Source: Zootoca vivipara (Eukaryota). Taken from it: DNA of 64,000 nt. The position numbers and the translations under genes are program-made. Below the pieces are notes generated by a model that saw nothing but the letters and a program-made list of their open reading frames with translations, did no database searches and had not been told where the DNA came from. Shown piece after piece: positions 1 to 12,561 of the stretch (within the stretch, counting starts at the first letter, position 1; every line of letters begins with the position of its first letter). Location: contig NC_083288.1 of NCBI RefSeq assembly GCF_963506605.1, positions 29,016,001-29,080,000 on the forward strand. The letters run 5' to 3'.

Positions 1-309
1 CATCACCCATCAGTGCTCCATAATCTCAGAAAAATGGATGGATGGTGGGGGTGTTGCATAGGTCCCCAAATGTATTAAATGAATGGACTCACATGGGGTG
101 GGGATTCAAACAGTCAATATGAGTTAGTTTTCTTTGCAAGTGTGATATAATAAGAACACATATTTGGTCTCATATTCACATCCTCTCCGCTCCCCCAACC
201 GACCTCCCACTACAAAATTTATTGTTTTGGTTATTGACCACTGATGCTTCCATCATTCGGTGAAGTGATGATTAATGGCTCAGAATGGTTGGCTATCAAA
301 ACCTTGTTA

Positions 310-440
310 CAGATAGGTAGCCGTGTTGGTCTGACGTAGTCGAAACAAAATAAAAAAATTCCTTCCAGCAGCACCTTAGAGACCAACTAAGTTTGTCATT
401 GGTATGAGCTTTCATGTGCATGCACACTTCTTCAGATACC
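310..440 (-). mobile_element. Penelope-like element terminal remnant with minimal hammerhead ribozyme
   Basis: Homologous to 33176-33278; reverse complement of 401-440 is GGTAT-CTGAAGA-A-GTGTGCATGCACAT-GAAA-GC-TC-ATACC; caaaacct is duplicated at the flanks (297-304, 440-447). Confidence 0.75.
401..440 (-). ncRNA. Minimal type-I hammerhead ribozyme motif (closing pair of helix II is G-U)
   Basis: As 33176-33215 with one C>T change just before GAAA. Confidence 0.62.
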
Positions 441-1301
441 AAAACCTAAATATTGTTATTTTCCTTTAAATATATCTTATGTGAAAAGAATATTGGGTTG
501 AAAAAATGAATATCCAACGTAAAATTATAGTTATGTATACAACCTGTTCATTTTTTAATGTTATAAAATGCTAAGCTATTGCATTTAATTTTATTTTGTC
601 CCATAGAAAAGCAAAGCTTGTGGCTTCCACTTTAGAAAGGCAATACTGAAAATGATGAATGTAATTTTCCAAATTCTTTGTTAGTGGTAGTGCTGCTTAA
701 CCTTCCAAAGAGTTGGTAAAAAGGATTTGTTTATCCTTAAAGATTAAGTGGATGTAAGAATCTAGGGTTTAAAGTTAAATATGCTACATAAATTATGGTT
801 TTGATGCCAATTACTTTTAATTTTCATGTCAAATGATTTTATTGAACTTTCTTTTGGCCAAAAATGAGTATCAGACCTAAATCCATCCTCACTTAAGGGA
901 AAGATGTCAATCATTTAGGTTGAATTTTAGCCAATACAGGGATGTTGCTTTAATCTTTAGAAAAGCAACATGCAGTTTCAGCTTTTTGTCTATAAAATGA
1001 GCAGGGTGGTTTCATCACCACCATCATCACCATCACCATCATTATCAATTTTCTTTTCCCCCTATACGTCAACGTAAGGTCCAGGGTGGGTTAAAATATT
1101 ATTATATATTTCTTTTTTAAAAAAATAAAACAATCCATAACCACAACTTTAGAAAAACAATATGCAAATGTGGACTTGGATGTCATAATACCACCTCTTG
1201 CCATTGTGTGCTACATTTCAAATACTGGTATATACCTAATGGTTTATAGCACAATCCAAAAGTGCTACTGAGTAAAATAAGACTTATTCCCAGATGAGTG
1301 T

Positions 1302-1391
1302 CATAGCTGCCAAGTTATCCCTTTTTTACAGGGATTTTCCCTTATGCTGAATAGGCTTCCTCGCGAGAAAAGGGAAAACTTGGCAGCTATG
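1302..1391. mobile_element. 90-bp hAT-type MITE
   Basis: TIR CATAGCTGCCAAGTT; TSD ATGAGTGT/ACGAGTGT; further copies at 40197-40286 and 59600-59683. Confidence 0.85.
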
Positions 1392-1616
1392 ACGAGTGTC
1401 TGTAGGTTTAAAACCTTATTTGAAGCCAGAGGTAGACTTTGTATCAGAGTGAGTAAAGCTATGTTGTTGTACCTTTAACAAAACACCTCTGATTATGCGA
1501 AAAATTTCTGGGTCATGTGTAATTTGAAACTATCTTCTGCATCACATTGGTAATTGGCAAAGGATAAGACACCAGAGTGTCAGGGGAACCCAGTCAGATG
1601 GGCAGAATATTAGCAT

Positions 1617-1649
<33 letters not shown>
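1617..1649 (+). repeat. (TAC)n microsatellite
   Basis: Directly visible. Confidence 0.9.
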
Positions 1650-1726
1650 ATTGGTGAAAAATCAGTAATAATAATTTTACACAATGTAAGATATCCTTCT
1701 GATACAGATTGCAATTCTTATTCCAG

Positions 1727-2018
1727 TGTGGTGCCTAAGAATTACCAGCACGTCCTGGCCTTGGCATTTGCAGTAAAGGAGATCAATGGCAACCCTCAAA
1801 TCTTACCCAATACCACTTTGGGCTTCCACATCTTTGACAGCTATTTCACTGCAAGGGGAACTTATCATGCCACACTGCTCCTTACATCCAGCTCAGAGAG
1901 ATTCGTCCCCAGCTACAAATGTGACACTCAGAATGATTTGATAGCCGTCATCGGGGGACTTGACCCCCTAACCTCTCTTCATGCAGCAACAGTCTTGGAT
2001 ATCTACAAAATTCCACAG
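1727..2018 (+). CDS. V2R (class C GPCR) coding exon 2, N-terminal Venus-flytrap domain
   Basis: ttccag|TGTG acceptor and CCACAG|gtatat donor; 292 bp; translation [29 protein letters not shown]...YKIPQ is typical of V2R/CaSR. Exon 1 not found in 1-1726. Confidence 0.93.
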
Positions 2019-2140
2019 GTATATCAGTCTTGGTCCTGAGCATGATGGGTTTAAGGGGATTTTCCCCTCATGGTTGAATGGCCAACCATATTTCACTTGG
2101 TGGTTTAGAGGCTAAAATATGTAAAATAATGTTATGAATA

Positions 2141-2300
2141 GGGGATGACAGAGGACAAGATGGTTGGACAGTGTTCTTGAAGCTACGAACATGAGTTTGA
2201 CCAAACTGCGGGAGGCAGTGCAAGACAGGAGTGCCTGGCGTGCTATGGTCCATGGGGTCACGAAGAGTCGGACACGACTAAACGACTAAACAACAACAAC
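2141..2300 (+). mobile_element. RTE/BovB-type LINE 3' end
   Basis: ...CATGGGGTCACGAAGAGTCGGACACGACTAAACGACTAAA(CAA)n; 13-bp TSD AATGTTATGAATA (2128-2140 and 2301-2313). Confidence 0.85.
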
Positions 2301-3062
2301 AATGTTATGAATAAAGCATAACCTGAGAGTTGAAAGTGACATGGGAGGCAGATCTTGGAGTGCACTTCTCAGAAGGGGAGTTGAAAGTTATGGAGCATTG
2401 ATCCAACTAAGGAACATTTTGTTAATAATTAGGGAGGCTATACTTAAATTATCAAGCAAGTAGCATTGTATGCCTATTAGATTGCACAACTAAATTTGTA
2501 TTTGCACAGATGCAGGCAGGAGGGTGCCTGTATGAAGGGAGTGCATATATTTAAAGGATTTGAGGTGCCATAGAAAAAGGATCAGCATAGATCCTGCATA
2601 AATCTCCCTGGTCCAGAAAAATACTGTTAATTCCATTTGGGCAGTGATAACCATCTTAAATGGCATTAACACTCTTACAAATATAAGCAGATGTTAGAAC
2701 AAAATCTGGATGGGAAATGAGACAAATGACACAGTAATGTAGCATGTCAGGGTCGAAACACAGTGAGGCAGCTTGCGTGGCAAGGCCCCCAAACCAGCCC
2801 CTCGTTAGAATAAAATTCACAGTTATAATAATTTTAAGGTCACACACACAAACATATATATAAAATATAAATGTTCATAACTGTATATATAAACCACATG
2901 TCTGAAACTCCACTGGAATAGTCCTGAACAAATTGACTTCAAATATTGCTCTGCGAGGTCAAAGTGGGAAACCTCCCCATTGTCTCTTTTCTCACAAATC
3001 CTGTCTTAAGGGCACATTTAAGATATGAATAGGGTGTGAGTCTGTGACCTGCCTCAGGAACT

Positions 3063-3272
3063 TGTTGTTGTTGTTTAGTCGTTTAGTCGTGTCCGACTCT
3101 TCGTGACCCCATGGACCATAGCACGCCAGGCACTCCTGTCTTCCACTGCCTCCCGCAGTTTGGTCAAACTCATGTTCGTAGCTTCGAGAACACTGTCCAA
3201 CCATCTTGTCCTCTGTCGTCCCCTTCTCCTAGTGCCCTCAATCTTTCCCAACATCAGGGTCCCAACATCAGG
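3063..3272 (-). mobile_element. RTE/BovB-type LINE 3' end
   Basis: Reverse complement of the 2141 family; TSD CTCAGGAACT (3053-3062 and 3273-3282); 12-nt duplication cccaacatcagg at the 5' junction. Confidence 0.85.
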
Positions 3273-3300
3273 CTCAGGAACTAAGTATATATAATTACAA

Positions 3301-3958
3301 AAGGCTTAGGCATTGGCAAAGGACTATATCGGACTCCTGCCCCCTTGCAGGAAGTTAGTAAGGGTAAACCACTCAAAGAGGAAGCCACATTGGGGGAACC
3401 CGCCTGTAGGTCTCCTCAGTGTTCACAGAGGCCTGGCATGGCCCTAGTCCCGCAAGCGGACTTCAGACAAGGATCCAGGCCCCAGATTCCTTTAACGGAA
3501 TACCCTTGGTCAATGGAGGGGCAGGCGATGGCCGACTTCCCCTCCCCCACAAATCAATGAGCCAATGCGTAACCGCCAAACTTTACAAAGTTGTGACGAT
3601 TGCTAAGAGGTAGCCAAAAACCAACTGGCCGGTGCCAATTTGCCAGATGGAAAAATTCCTACCCAGCCCCTGTTCCAAAACAGGTGACCAACCAAAGTCC
3701 AGAGCAAGGTCGGAGGACATCTAAAATAAAGGGCGGGTGGGCGGGTGTTTGGCAGCGGGAAGCAGGTGCCTGACACGTATCACGGTGCCACTTTTATATC
3801 CCCCCATGATCACCCCACGCAAAAGTGATTGGCCAAGAAGCTGGGGTGATCGTGGTGCCACCCTGGCATGATGGCATTTCTCCGCCCACACCGGGAGGAG
3901 GAACTGGCCTGGGGGCCTGCCTGCAACCAAGACCATCCTTAAAGATGATCCCACTTAT
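3301..3958 (-). mobile_element. LTR-like non-coding repeat, copy D (3'-truncated)
   Basis: Reverse-complement homology to 11348-12560; TATA (cttttata, ~3791); conserved core at 3600-3665. Confidence 0.7.
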
Positions 3959-4278
3959 CTGAAACACATCCTCTTTTATCTCTTTTAAATGTTTCAACAA
4001 TTTTTTGTATGAAAATATTTTACATTCATTAATTGAACCTAAGAACCAAACTCCATAAGCCATCATTATTTATTTATTTATTTCTACTTAAAATCACTTG
4101 GTGGTAAAGAAGACCTCAAAAAGAGTCAAGAGAAGAGAAAATAGAAAAATCAAGGGGGGGGGGAATCACAACCATACGTTAAAACATAAATACTGCAACA
4201 ACTTAAAATTACCTCAGCTTTATAACCGTCTAAGTGGGTTAACCTACACAAAAAAAGTTTTAAGCAGCAATTAAAAAG

Positions 4279-4643
4279 AGGGGCACGGGTGGTAGTGTGG
4301 GTTAAACCACAGTGCCTAGGGCTTGCCAATCAAAAGGTCGGCGGTTCGAATCCCTACGACGGGGTGAGCTCCGATTGCTCGGTCCCTGCTCCTGCCCACC
4401 TAGCAGTTCAAAAGCACATCAAGTGCAAGCAGATAAATAGGTACCGCTCCGGCGGGAAGGTAAACAGCGTTTCTGTACACTGCTCTGGTTCACCAGAAGC
4501 GGCATAGTCATGCTGGCCACATGACTCAAAAGCTGTCTATGGACAAACGCCGGCTCCCTTGGCCTATAGAGCGAGATGAGCACAGCAACCCCAGAGTCAT
4601 CCACAACTGGACCTAATGGTGAGGAGTACCTTTACCTTTACCT
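4279..4643 (+). mobile_element. Sauria SINE (Squam1)
   Basis: GGTTCGAATCC B-box, (ACCTTT)n tail, TSD TTAAAAAG. Confidence 0.88.
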
Positions 4644-4953
4644 TTAAAAAGTCTACAGTAAAGCCAACTGCTTGATCTTAACAGGCAGGGAGTTTCAAAG
4701 TGTATGCACTGCCAAATTAAACAATCAAGTTCTTCTTACAAGTGCATAACAGAATTTTTTTTACACCAGTGGTAGTGCCAATTCCACTGGGCATAGCGGA
4801 CACATAGGCACATGTGGGTAGAAGTTGTTCTTGTAGTTCTAAGGTTTTGTTTATTGTGCTGCTGTACATTTTAAAATGTTAAGTGAAATAATATAGAATA
4901 TAAGCATTATAGCATTCCTGTTTGTTACCTTTTTTGCATGCTCCTCCCTTTAG

Positions 4954-5814
4954 CTCACATATGGTCCTGCTCCTATCATGCATGATAAAACTCCAGGCCT
5001 CTCCTTCTACCAAATGGTCCCCCAGGAAGCCCTTCAGTATGAGGGGATTCTCTCCTTACTTCTGCATTTCAGGTGGACATGGATTGGGCTCCTTACAATG
5101 GATCTTGAGAATGGAGAACAATTTGTGCAAACAGTGGCCACAATGTTTTCCGCTAGCGATATCTGTTTTGCCTTCATAGAAAGAATCTCCAAAGTATCTT
5201 TTGACACTGACGTAAAAGACTTGTTACAAGAGGGTGCAAAAATACGTGATAAAGTAATGAGGAGCAAAGCCAACGTGATAGTCTTCTATGGAGAATCTTA
5301 CTCCATGATATTTCTTAGATGGTTCCCATATTTATCAGAAGAAGAAGAGATGGGAGAGGATGCAAGAGGTAAAGTGTGGATAATGACAGCCCAGATGGAG
5401 ATGACTGCTGCAGTTTATCAAAAAACTTGGGATACACAAATAATCCATGGGGCTCTGTCTTTCACAATTCACTCAAATGTTCTACCAGAATTTCACAAAT
5501 TTCTTGAACACATAAGTCCTTGCACCACAAAAGGAGATTATTTCATCAAGGATTTCTGGCAACAGGCCTTTGCTTGTGTCTTCCCTAGTACAGTCACAGA
5601 AGTTATGGATGAGAATATTTGCACTGGAGAGGAGAACCTGGGAATGCTGCCTACACCCTTTTTTGAAATGAGCATGACGGGCCATAGCTACTGTATATAC
5701 AATGCTGTTTATGCCATGGCCCATGCTCTCCATATCATGTTCTCCTCCAGACTCAATTCAAGATTACTGGAAGACAATAGGAAGCTGAAATCTCAGGTTT
5801 ATCAGCGGTGGCAG
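4954..5814 (+). CDS. V2R coding exon 3 (Venus-flytrap domain)
   Basis: ccctttag|CTCACATATGGT acceptor, TGGCAG|gtaatg donor; 861 bp, phase 0/0; SFYQMVP, LLLHFRWTWIGL, KVWIMTAQ, FWQQAFAC and IYNAVYAMAHALH motifs. Confidence 0.95.
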
Positions 5815-5879
5815 GTAATGTGGCCAGATTTCCCTTCAGACAATGTGCCATAAATTGGTGTTAAAATAGTGTAGTAATT

Positions 5880-6648
5880 TGTGTCCTCCCTCAAAGAGGG
5901 CACGTGTTGCGGTCAGACCTGGCAACCAAACCCTTGTTTTGTGGGTGGGTACGATTGGATAGCCAGAACACCTGATTGGTAGGTCCCTTGATGCTGGGTT
6001 TAATCTGACCAATAGGATGCTACCCAAATGGATCAAGGGATGACCCTGAGCTTTCTCTCTTGATCAGTGCATCGGAACACCCGCCCACCTCTCCCTATAT
6101 TTAGGGCGTGTGCGCTTGACCTTGCTATGCTGTCGTGTGTCATCTGTCGTTGGGACAGCGGCACGGCAGGAATTTTCCCCACTTGGCTGATTGGGTGGGG
6201 CCATTTGGGTTTTGCCTGCCACGTAGCAAATTGTCACAACCTGTAAGGTTGCAGATAGGCTCTGGTTCAGGTGATAGGGATGGGGGAACGCTCTCGCCAT
6301 CCCTATGTGAAGGGGTATTCCATTAAAGGAATCCAGGGACTCAATGGTTTGGTCAACCCTGCGAGGGGTTGTGCCTGTGCCTGAGTCCAGAGGGACATCT
6401 GGGTGGTGGACATAGCATGTCCCCGGCTTTCCACCATTCCAGGTGTTCACCCTAGGCTGACCTATGGTAGTGCCCTGGGTCAGCGCTACCTGCAACGGTG
6501 CAGGGAGCTAGTCGAACCAGAGCCTATGCAACTACTCACTTGCTGTAATCAATAAAGTTGTGGCGTAAATTCTGCCAAAAACCAAACCAAAATTTTTAGA
6601 CTTGTGTGAATTTATTTAAAGGGGAGGTTTAAAGGTCTAAACATGCAA
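5880..6648 (+). mobile_element. LTR-like non-coding repeat, copy A (V2R intron 3)
   Basis: TATA-like ~6096, conserved core 6165-6250, AATAAAGTTGTGGC at 6551, ends CATGCAA; homologous to 12562-13335. Confidence 0.72.
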
Positions 6649-6749
6649 ACTATCTCCCTGATGGTTCTGGTCCTTGTGAGATGCACTTAACATTGTCTTC
6701 ATCTGTAAAACTTACGCACACCTCTCTTTTCTCTCTTTTCAAAATCTAG

Positions 6750-6977
6750 TTCCATCATTTCCTCAGAGGTGTGTCATTTAATAATAGTGCGGGAGACACA
6801 GTTTCCTTCAACCAGAAGGGGGAGTTGGAAGCTGGGCTTGATGTTATTAATTGGATTGCTTCGCAAAACCAATCCTTTCATAAAGTTCAAGTTGGGAGAA
6901 TGAATCCCCAGACTTCTTCGGGTGAAGTGTTCACCATCCATGAAGATGTGATAACATGGCACAAGTGGTTTAACCAG
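6750..6977 (+). CDS. V2R coding exon 4
   Basis: pyrimidine tract ...atctag|TTCCATCAT, AACCAG|gtacaa; 228 bp; FHHFLRGVSFNNSAGDTVSFNQKGEL...WHKWFNQ. Confidence 0.93.
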
Positions 6978-7187
6978 GTACAATCAAATTGTCAGTATTT
7001 TCAGTCCTGATTGTAAACACAGTTTAACTGCACAGGGATGAGTTTGGTGTTTATGGAGAATTTGAAAACTGATTAAACAAATTACACTTCATGAAATTCC
7101 TCTTCAGGAGTTGTTGGGTGAATAAAAAATATGCATCGTTGCACTGGATATATGTAAAATATTGATCATTGGTTGTATTCTAAAGTT

Positions 7188-7538
7188 AAAGGTAAAGGTA
7201 AAGGGACCCCTGACCATTAGGTCCAGTCGTGACCGACTCTGGGGTTGCGCGCTCATCTCGCATTATTGGCCGAGGGAGCCGGCGTATAGCTTCCAGGTCA
7301 TGTGGCCAGCATGACAAAGCCGCTTCTGGCAAACCAGAGCAGCACATGGAAACGCCGTTTACCTTCCCGCTGTAGCGGTTCCTATTTATCTACTTGCATT
7401 TTGACGTGCTTTCGAACTGCTAGGTTGGCAGGAGCTGGGACCGAGCAACGGGAGCTCACCCCGTCACAGGGATTCGAACCGCCGACCTTCTGATCAGCAA
7501 GCCCTAGGCTCAGTGGTTTAACCACAGCGCCACCTGGA
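7188..7538 (-). mobile_element. Sauria SINE
   Basis: (AAAGGT)n followed by the reverse-complement SINE body. Confidence 0.88.
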
Positions 7539-9132
7539 GTTAGTCTCCACTTATTTTGTATCCAAGGAAGTTGCATTTGGTTCCTGGCTGTTTGGTTTCT
7601 TGAATAATCAAAGTTGCTTTTGAGCCGGTCTAATGTCAATACTGTCTGTTTAATAAAAACAGGTGCCGGTAATTTCTGTTTAATTGCTCACAGGCGTGGG
7701 CTCTATTCCATGTATATAAGGCTCCGTTGGAAAGCATTTTGTGTGGTAGTTTTGTGGGAGGTTTGGAGGGTTGGAATGTGGGTATGTAAAGTTGCTGAGA
7801 GAGAGCGTGTTTATCTTTAGTTTAAAATCTCTTCCGAGTCAGTTTGTTTTTCTGTTAAAGAAAAACTTTAAACGGTATACTGCTAGTCAGGGGTTTCATG
7901 CTAGGTTGGTCTTTAAACTCTTGGTGGTGTATTTTAGCCAAGTCAATTTCTGTTTGCATATTTTGTTTTTCTATAAACTCTGCGTGAAACGTACTTTGAA
8001 GGGCCACTGGGAACCTGGGGTATATGGTTTATGTTAGCACTCTTAATACCCAGTTTCCCCCAATATTATTTCACGATGGCTGTATCCTTACTGCACAGTT
8101 GGTGGTGGGATGCACATTCTCTCCCCCTGGCTGTACCAGCATTGGCCCATTGCAATAGGCGGATCAGGAGTCTGGAAAAACACAACCTTGTGGCCCTGTA
8201 AATGATGGCCCTACTTGGAGTCATGCCTATTGGATTGCGGCTAGATTCAGCACCCGGACAGAAAGGGGTGATTTTGTCTGTGGGCCCACATGTGGGCCAA
8301 TGGGCCATAGCAATGTTCCCAATGGCAGCCCTGGCAGGATAATAACAGCTGGTGCATGTCAGAGGGTCACTCCCAGTCAGGATGAAACTTACTTTACTTA
8401 TCCCCCAGGAATTGTGTTGCATAATACCGCATACATATCCAATGCCTTGCCCAAAATCTACCTATTTCTGTAATCTATTTTACGAACGAACACACAATGA
8501 TTTCAGATAGTATGCTCAGAGTACTGTATCACTGAATATCACCCAACATATCAAATTTCATTCATAGGATCAAACTATATGTCACTTTTAAGTATTTTAT
8601 TTATGCATTGATTTTTGATAGTTCCTTGATGTCTGCAGAGTGAGAGTGAGGAAGGTGAGCAAACCCTCTAGCATCACAACTCCCTGATCCAGTCACCTCA
8701 CTATACTGCATAATTTGACTGATGAGATGAGGCTACAGTCCATGCCATCAAAAATGCTTGTTTCTTTAAAAAGTCTTCTTCCTAAAATTGATTGAAAATC
8801 GGGAATGAGACTTTGAACTGGTGTTAAATAATTCAAATGCAACAAAATGGACATGACCACCACGCTCCTTGATTGTGGCTTTGGCACTATCATAAAGCAC
8901 AATTAGATCATTGTTTCAGCTGCTGGATACAGGGGAGTTGTAAATGGTTATTCCTGAAATGCAGCTAACATAAATGACCACCCTGCTGTTCATGCAAACA
9001 GCCTTCTGTATTCAATGCCTGTTCTCCACATTGCCTCTCATTGAGAAAGGGAGCATGGTTCCTTGCACAAAATGAGTGCCATCCACATTACGATTCCAAG
9101 CTCTATATTCTCTTTTTGTCTTCATGGATTAG

Positions 9133-9259
9133 GCAAGGCCTATTTCTCTGTGCAGTGAGCAGTGCAGTCCTGGTTCAAGCAAGAAAGCAAAGGAAGGGGA
9201 GCCATTTTGTTGCTACGATTGCATCCCCTGTCCAGAAGGGAAGATTTCAGGCCAGAAGG
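9133..9259 (+). CDS. V2R coding exon 5 (nine-cysteine domain, first half)
   Basis: Not in the ORF track; read by hand: ggattag|GCAAGG...CAGAAGG|gtaagc; 127 bp, phase 0/1; ARPISLCSEQCSPGSSKKAKEGEPFCCYDCIPCPEGKISGQK. Confidence 0.93.
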
Positions 9260-9330
9260 GTAAGCAATAATGTATGTAAAAAATAAATGTATTTAGAAAT
9301 AGTAGACAGATTCGGTGATATTTCATCACT

Positions 9331-9675
9331 AAAGGTAAATGGACCCCTGACCTATAGGACCAGTCGTGACGGACTCTGGGGTTGCGGCGCTCATCTCGCC
9401 TTATTGGCCGAGGGAGCCGGCGTACAGCTTCCAAGTCATGTGGCGAGCATAACCAAGCCGCTTCTGGCGAACCAGAGCAGTGCACAGAAACGCTGTTTGC
9501 CTTCCCGCCGGAGCAGTACCTATTTATGTACTTACACTTTGGCGTCCTTTAAAACTGCTAGGTTGGCAGGAGCTGGGACTGAGCAACGGGAGCTCACCCA
9601 GTCGTGGGGATTTGAACCGCCAACGTTCTGATCGGCAAGCCCTAGGCTTTGTGGTTTAACCCACAGCGCCACCTG
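9331..9675 (-). mobile_element. Sauria SINE
   Basis: Homologous to 7188-7538. Confidence 0.86.
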
Positions 9676-10298
9676 CTACAGGGCTATAAAAGCATAAGGA
9701 TGTGTGTATATACTAGGGCTGCATTTGTATTCTATTTTCCTAATATTTTGAGCTAATGATTTCCAGGTTTTGTGTGGCCATTTGAATGATGGAAAATAGT
9801 ACGTGGGAAACTAGCAGAATCGAGAGACGTTTGGGGACCATAGTGTTAAATCTATAAGCAATCATGTAAATCTGGAAAATTATGGGCTATCTGTAATTAT
9901 GAATTTAGGGCAGTATGCCAGCATACAGTTCCTTCCAAACAGAAGTCGTATTTCGATTGGTTTAGTAAGCTGTTTTAAGTTGCATGTGTACAACACCCTT
10001 GTTAGAAAAATTGAAATACTTATAAAAAATATTCATAGGAGGGCTTTGTGGTATCATTTGCTTAAACTTGGTGTTCCAGGTAAAAAGCAAATGGCTGCTA
10101 AAAACCCAAAGCTGGAAGGAAATAGGAAACTTTCCAGTTTAGAAAGGTTCATTGTTAACCATTGCAATCCCTACAATCATCACAAACTACATTCCACAAG
10201 ATGAATTATTATTTTGTTCCAGTTTCAAATAGTAAGATTGGCTGCTCTTGAGATTAATGACACGTTTGTGAGATTAAGCCAAATATTTTCCTTTTCAG

Positions 10299-11200
10299 AT
10301 ATGAGTGATTGTTCTACATGTTCAGACCAAACATATTCAAACAAAAAACATGATTTATGTATTCCCAAGGAGATAAGTTTCTTGTCTTTTGAAGAACCTG
10401 TGGGGCTTAGTTTAGCCTTTTGTGCTCTTTCCGGTTCCTTGGTCACCGTTCTAGTCCTCTTGACATTTATGAAGAACCACAACACTCCCATTGTCAAAGC
10501 CAACAACCGGCAGCTCACCTACACTCTCCTCCTCTCCCTCCTGCTCTGCTTCCTTTCTGCACTGCTATTCATTGGACAGCCTCAGAAGGTGACGTGTCTC
10601 CTCCGACAAATTGCTTTTGGCATCATCTTCTCAGTGGCTGTTTCTTGTGTGCTGGCAAAAACCCTCACTGTGGTTCTTGCTTTCATGGCCACCAAGCCAG
10701 GATCCAGAATGAGGAAATGGGCGAGAAAGAGACTGGCCAATTCCATTGTATTTTCTTGTTCCTTTATACAAGGAGGCATTTGCATTGTGTGGCTGGCAAT
10801 CTCTCCCCCGTTGCCAGAGGCTGACGTACACTCAGTGGCTGAACAAATTATACTTGGATGTAACGAGGGGTCTGTGACAATGTTTTATTGTGTCCTTGGC
10901 TATATTGGCCTCCTGGCCACTGCCAGCTTCACTTTGGCCTTCCTTGCCAGGAAGTTACCCGACACCTTCAATGAAGCCAAGTTTATCACTTTTAGCATGT
11001 TAGTGTTTTGCAGTGTGTGGTTATCCTTTGTTCCAACCTACTTGAGCACTAAGGGGAAATACATGTTAGCTGTGGAGATCTTTTCTATCTTAGCCTCCAG
11101 TGCTGGATTATTGGCCTGCATCTTTTCTCCCAAATGCTACATTATTTTGTTGAAGCCTGAACTGAACAAAAGGGAACAGCTAATACGAAGAACCAACTGA
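10299..11200 (+). CDS. V2R coding exon 6 (end of cysteine-rich domain plus 7TM, stop TGA)
   Basis: ttttcag|ATATG completes a G|AT Asp codon; [63 protein letters not shown]. Exons 2-6 splice into one open frame of ~802 aa. Confidence 0.96.
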
Positions 11201-11891
11201 AGAATTAAATGATTTTGTCTTCCTATCTAGTTAGTAATTACAATAGTTATAAACTGACTCAACATTTCACAAGAGTTTTGGGTTTTTATCCTACAGCAGA
11301 CTTTGCTAACATATTAGATCTCAGATAGTTAAGAGCCAAATGATGCCATAAATGGGATCATCTTAAAAGATGGTCCTGGTTGCGGACAGGCCCTCATCTC
11401 AGCGCCCCCCCCCCCCGGCGTGGGTGGAGTAATACCGTCATGCCAGGTTGGCACCACGTTCACCCAGGCCTCTTGGCCAATCACTTTTGCATGGGTTGTT
11501 CGTGGGGGAGGGGGTATAAAAGCGGCAGCGTGACGTGTGTCAGGAACCTGCTTCACGCTGCTGAACAACCGCCCACCCTCCCTTTAATTTAGATGTCCTC
11601 TGACCTTGCTTTGGACTTCAGTTGGTTCCCCGTCTTGGGACAGCGACTGGGTAGGAATTGTTAACTTTGGCAGATTGGCACTGGCCACTTGGTTTTCGCC
11701 TACCTCTTAGCAATGGTCACAACTTTGTAAGGTTAGGCGGTTAGGCATTGGCTCATTAATTTGTGGGGGAGGGGAGGTCGGCCATCATCTGCCCCTCCAT
11801 TGACCAAGGGTATTCTGTTAAAGGAATCCAGGGCCTAGATCCTGTCCAAAGTCCGCTTGCGGGACTAGGGCCATGTCAGGCCTCTGTGTGA

Positions 11892-12338
11892 GGGAGCCAG
11901 TGTGGTGGAGTGGTTAAGAGCGGTAGACTCGTAATCTGGGGAACCGGGTTCACGTCTCCACTCCTCCACATGCAGCTGCTGGGTGACCTTGGGCTAGCCA
12001 CACTTCTTTGAAGTCTCTCAGCCCCACCCACCTCACAGAGTGCAGTGCCAGCTCTAGGTAGACCCCCCCCCCCCGGTGGCGCCGTGCACCAGGGCGCCGT
12101 GCTGGTAGGCAGGGCGCTGCGCGGCAAAGCCACACGGAAACCATTCTGCACCCTGCGAGGGCGGGGGTGCCAGAGCGATCTCCGCCCCTCAGCGCCAGGG
12201 CATGCAACCTGCTCAAGACTGCCCTGACAGAGTGTTTGTTATGGGGGAGGAAGGGAAATGGCGATCGTTAGCTGCTTTGAGACTCCTTTGGGTAGTGATA
12301 AAGCGGGATATCAAATCCAAACTCTTCTTCTCTTCTTT
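11892..12338 (+). mobile_element. tRNA-derived SINE (Squam3-type) with nested hAT MITE
   Basis: A/B-box head GGGAGCCAGTGTGGTGGAGTGGTTAAG...GGTTCACGTCT; (CTT)n tail; homologous to 49478-49740. Confidence 0.82.
12043..12226. mobile_element. GC-rich hAT-type MITE
   Basis: 8-bp TSD ACAGAGTG (12035-12042 and 12227-12234); CAG..CTG ends. Confidence 0.85.
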
Positions 12339-12561
12339 TGTGAACACTGAGGAGAGCTACAGGCAGGTTCCCCCGATGTGGCTTTCTCTTTGGGTGGTTT
12401 ACCCTTACTGACTTCTTGCACAGGGGGCAGGAGTCCAATATAGTCATTTGCCAATGCCTACGCCAATACCACTCACATTTGCTGTAATCAATAAAGTTGT
12501 GGCCTAAATTTTGTTCATTAACCTTAAACCAAAATTCTGTGTGTGTCAGTGTGAATTTTTA

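Larger units (their letters stand above)
11348..12560 (+). mobile_element. LTR-like non-coding repeat, copy B (interrupted by a Squam3 SINE)
   Basis: TATAAAA ~11515, core 11650-11750, AATAAAGTTGTGGCC at 12490. Confidence 0.72.

Noticed and set aside
4320-4360. tRNA-like GGTTCGAATCC motifs (several copies)
   Set aside because: They are Pol III B-boxes of SINE heads, not complete cloverleafs.
10214-10298. N-terminal part of the 328-aa ORF
   Set aside because: Intronic; the exon begins at the acceptor at 10299.
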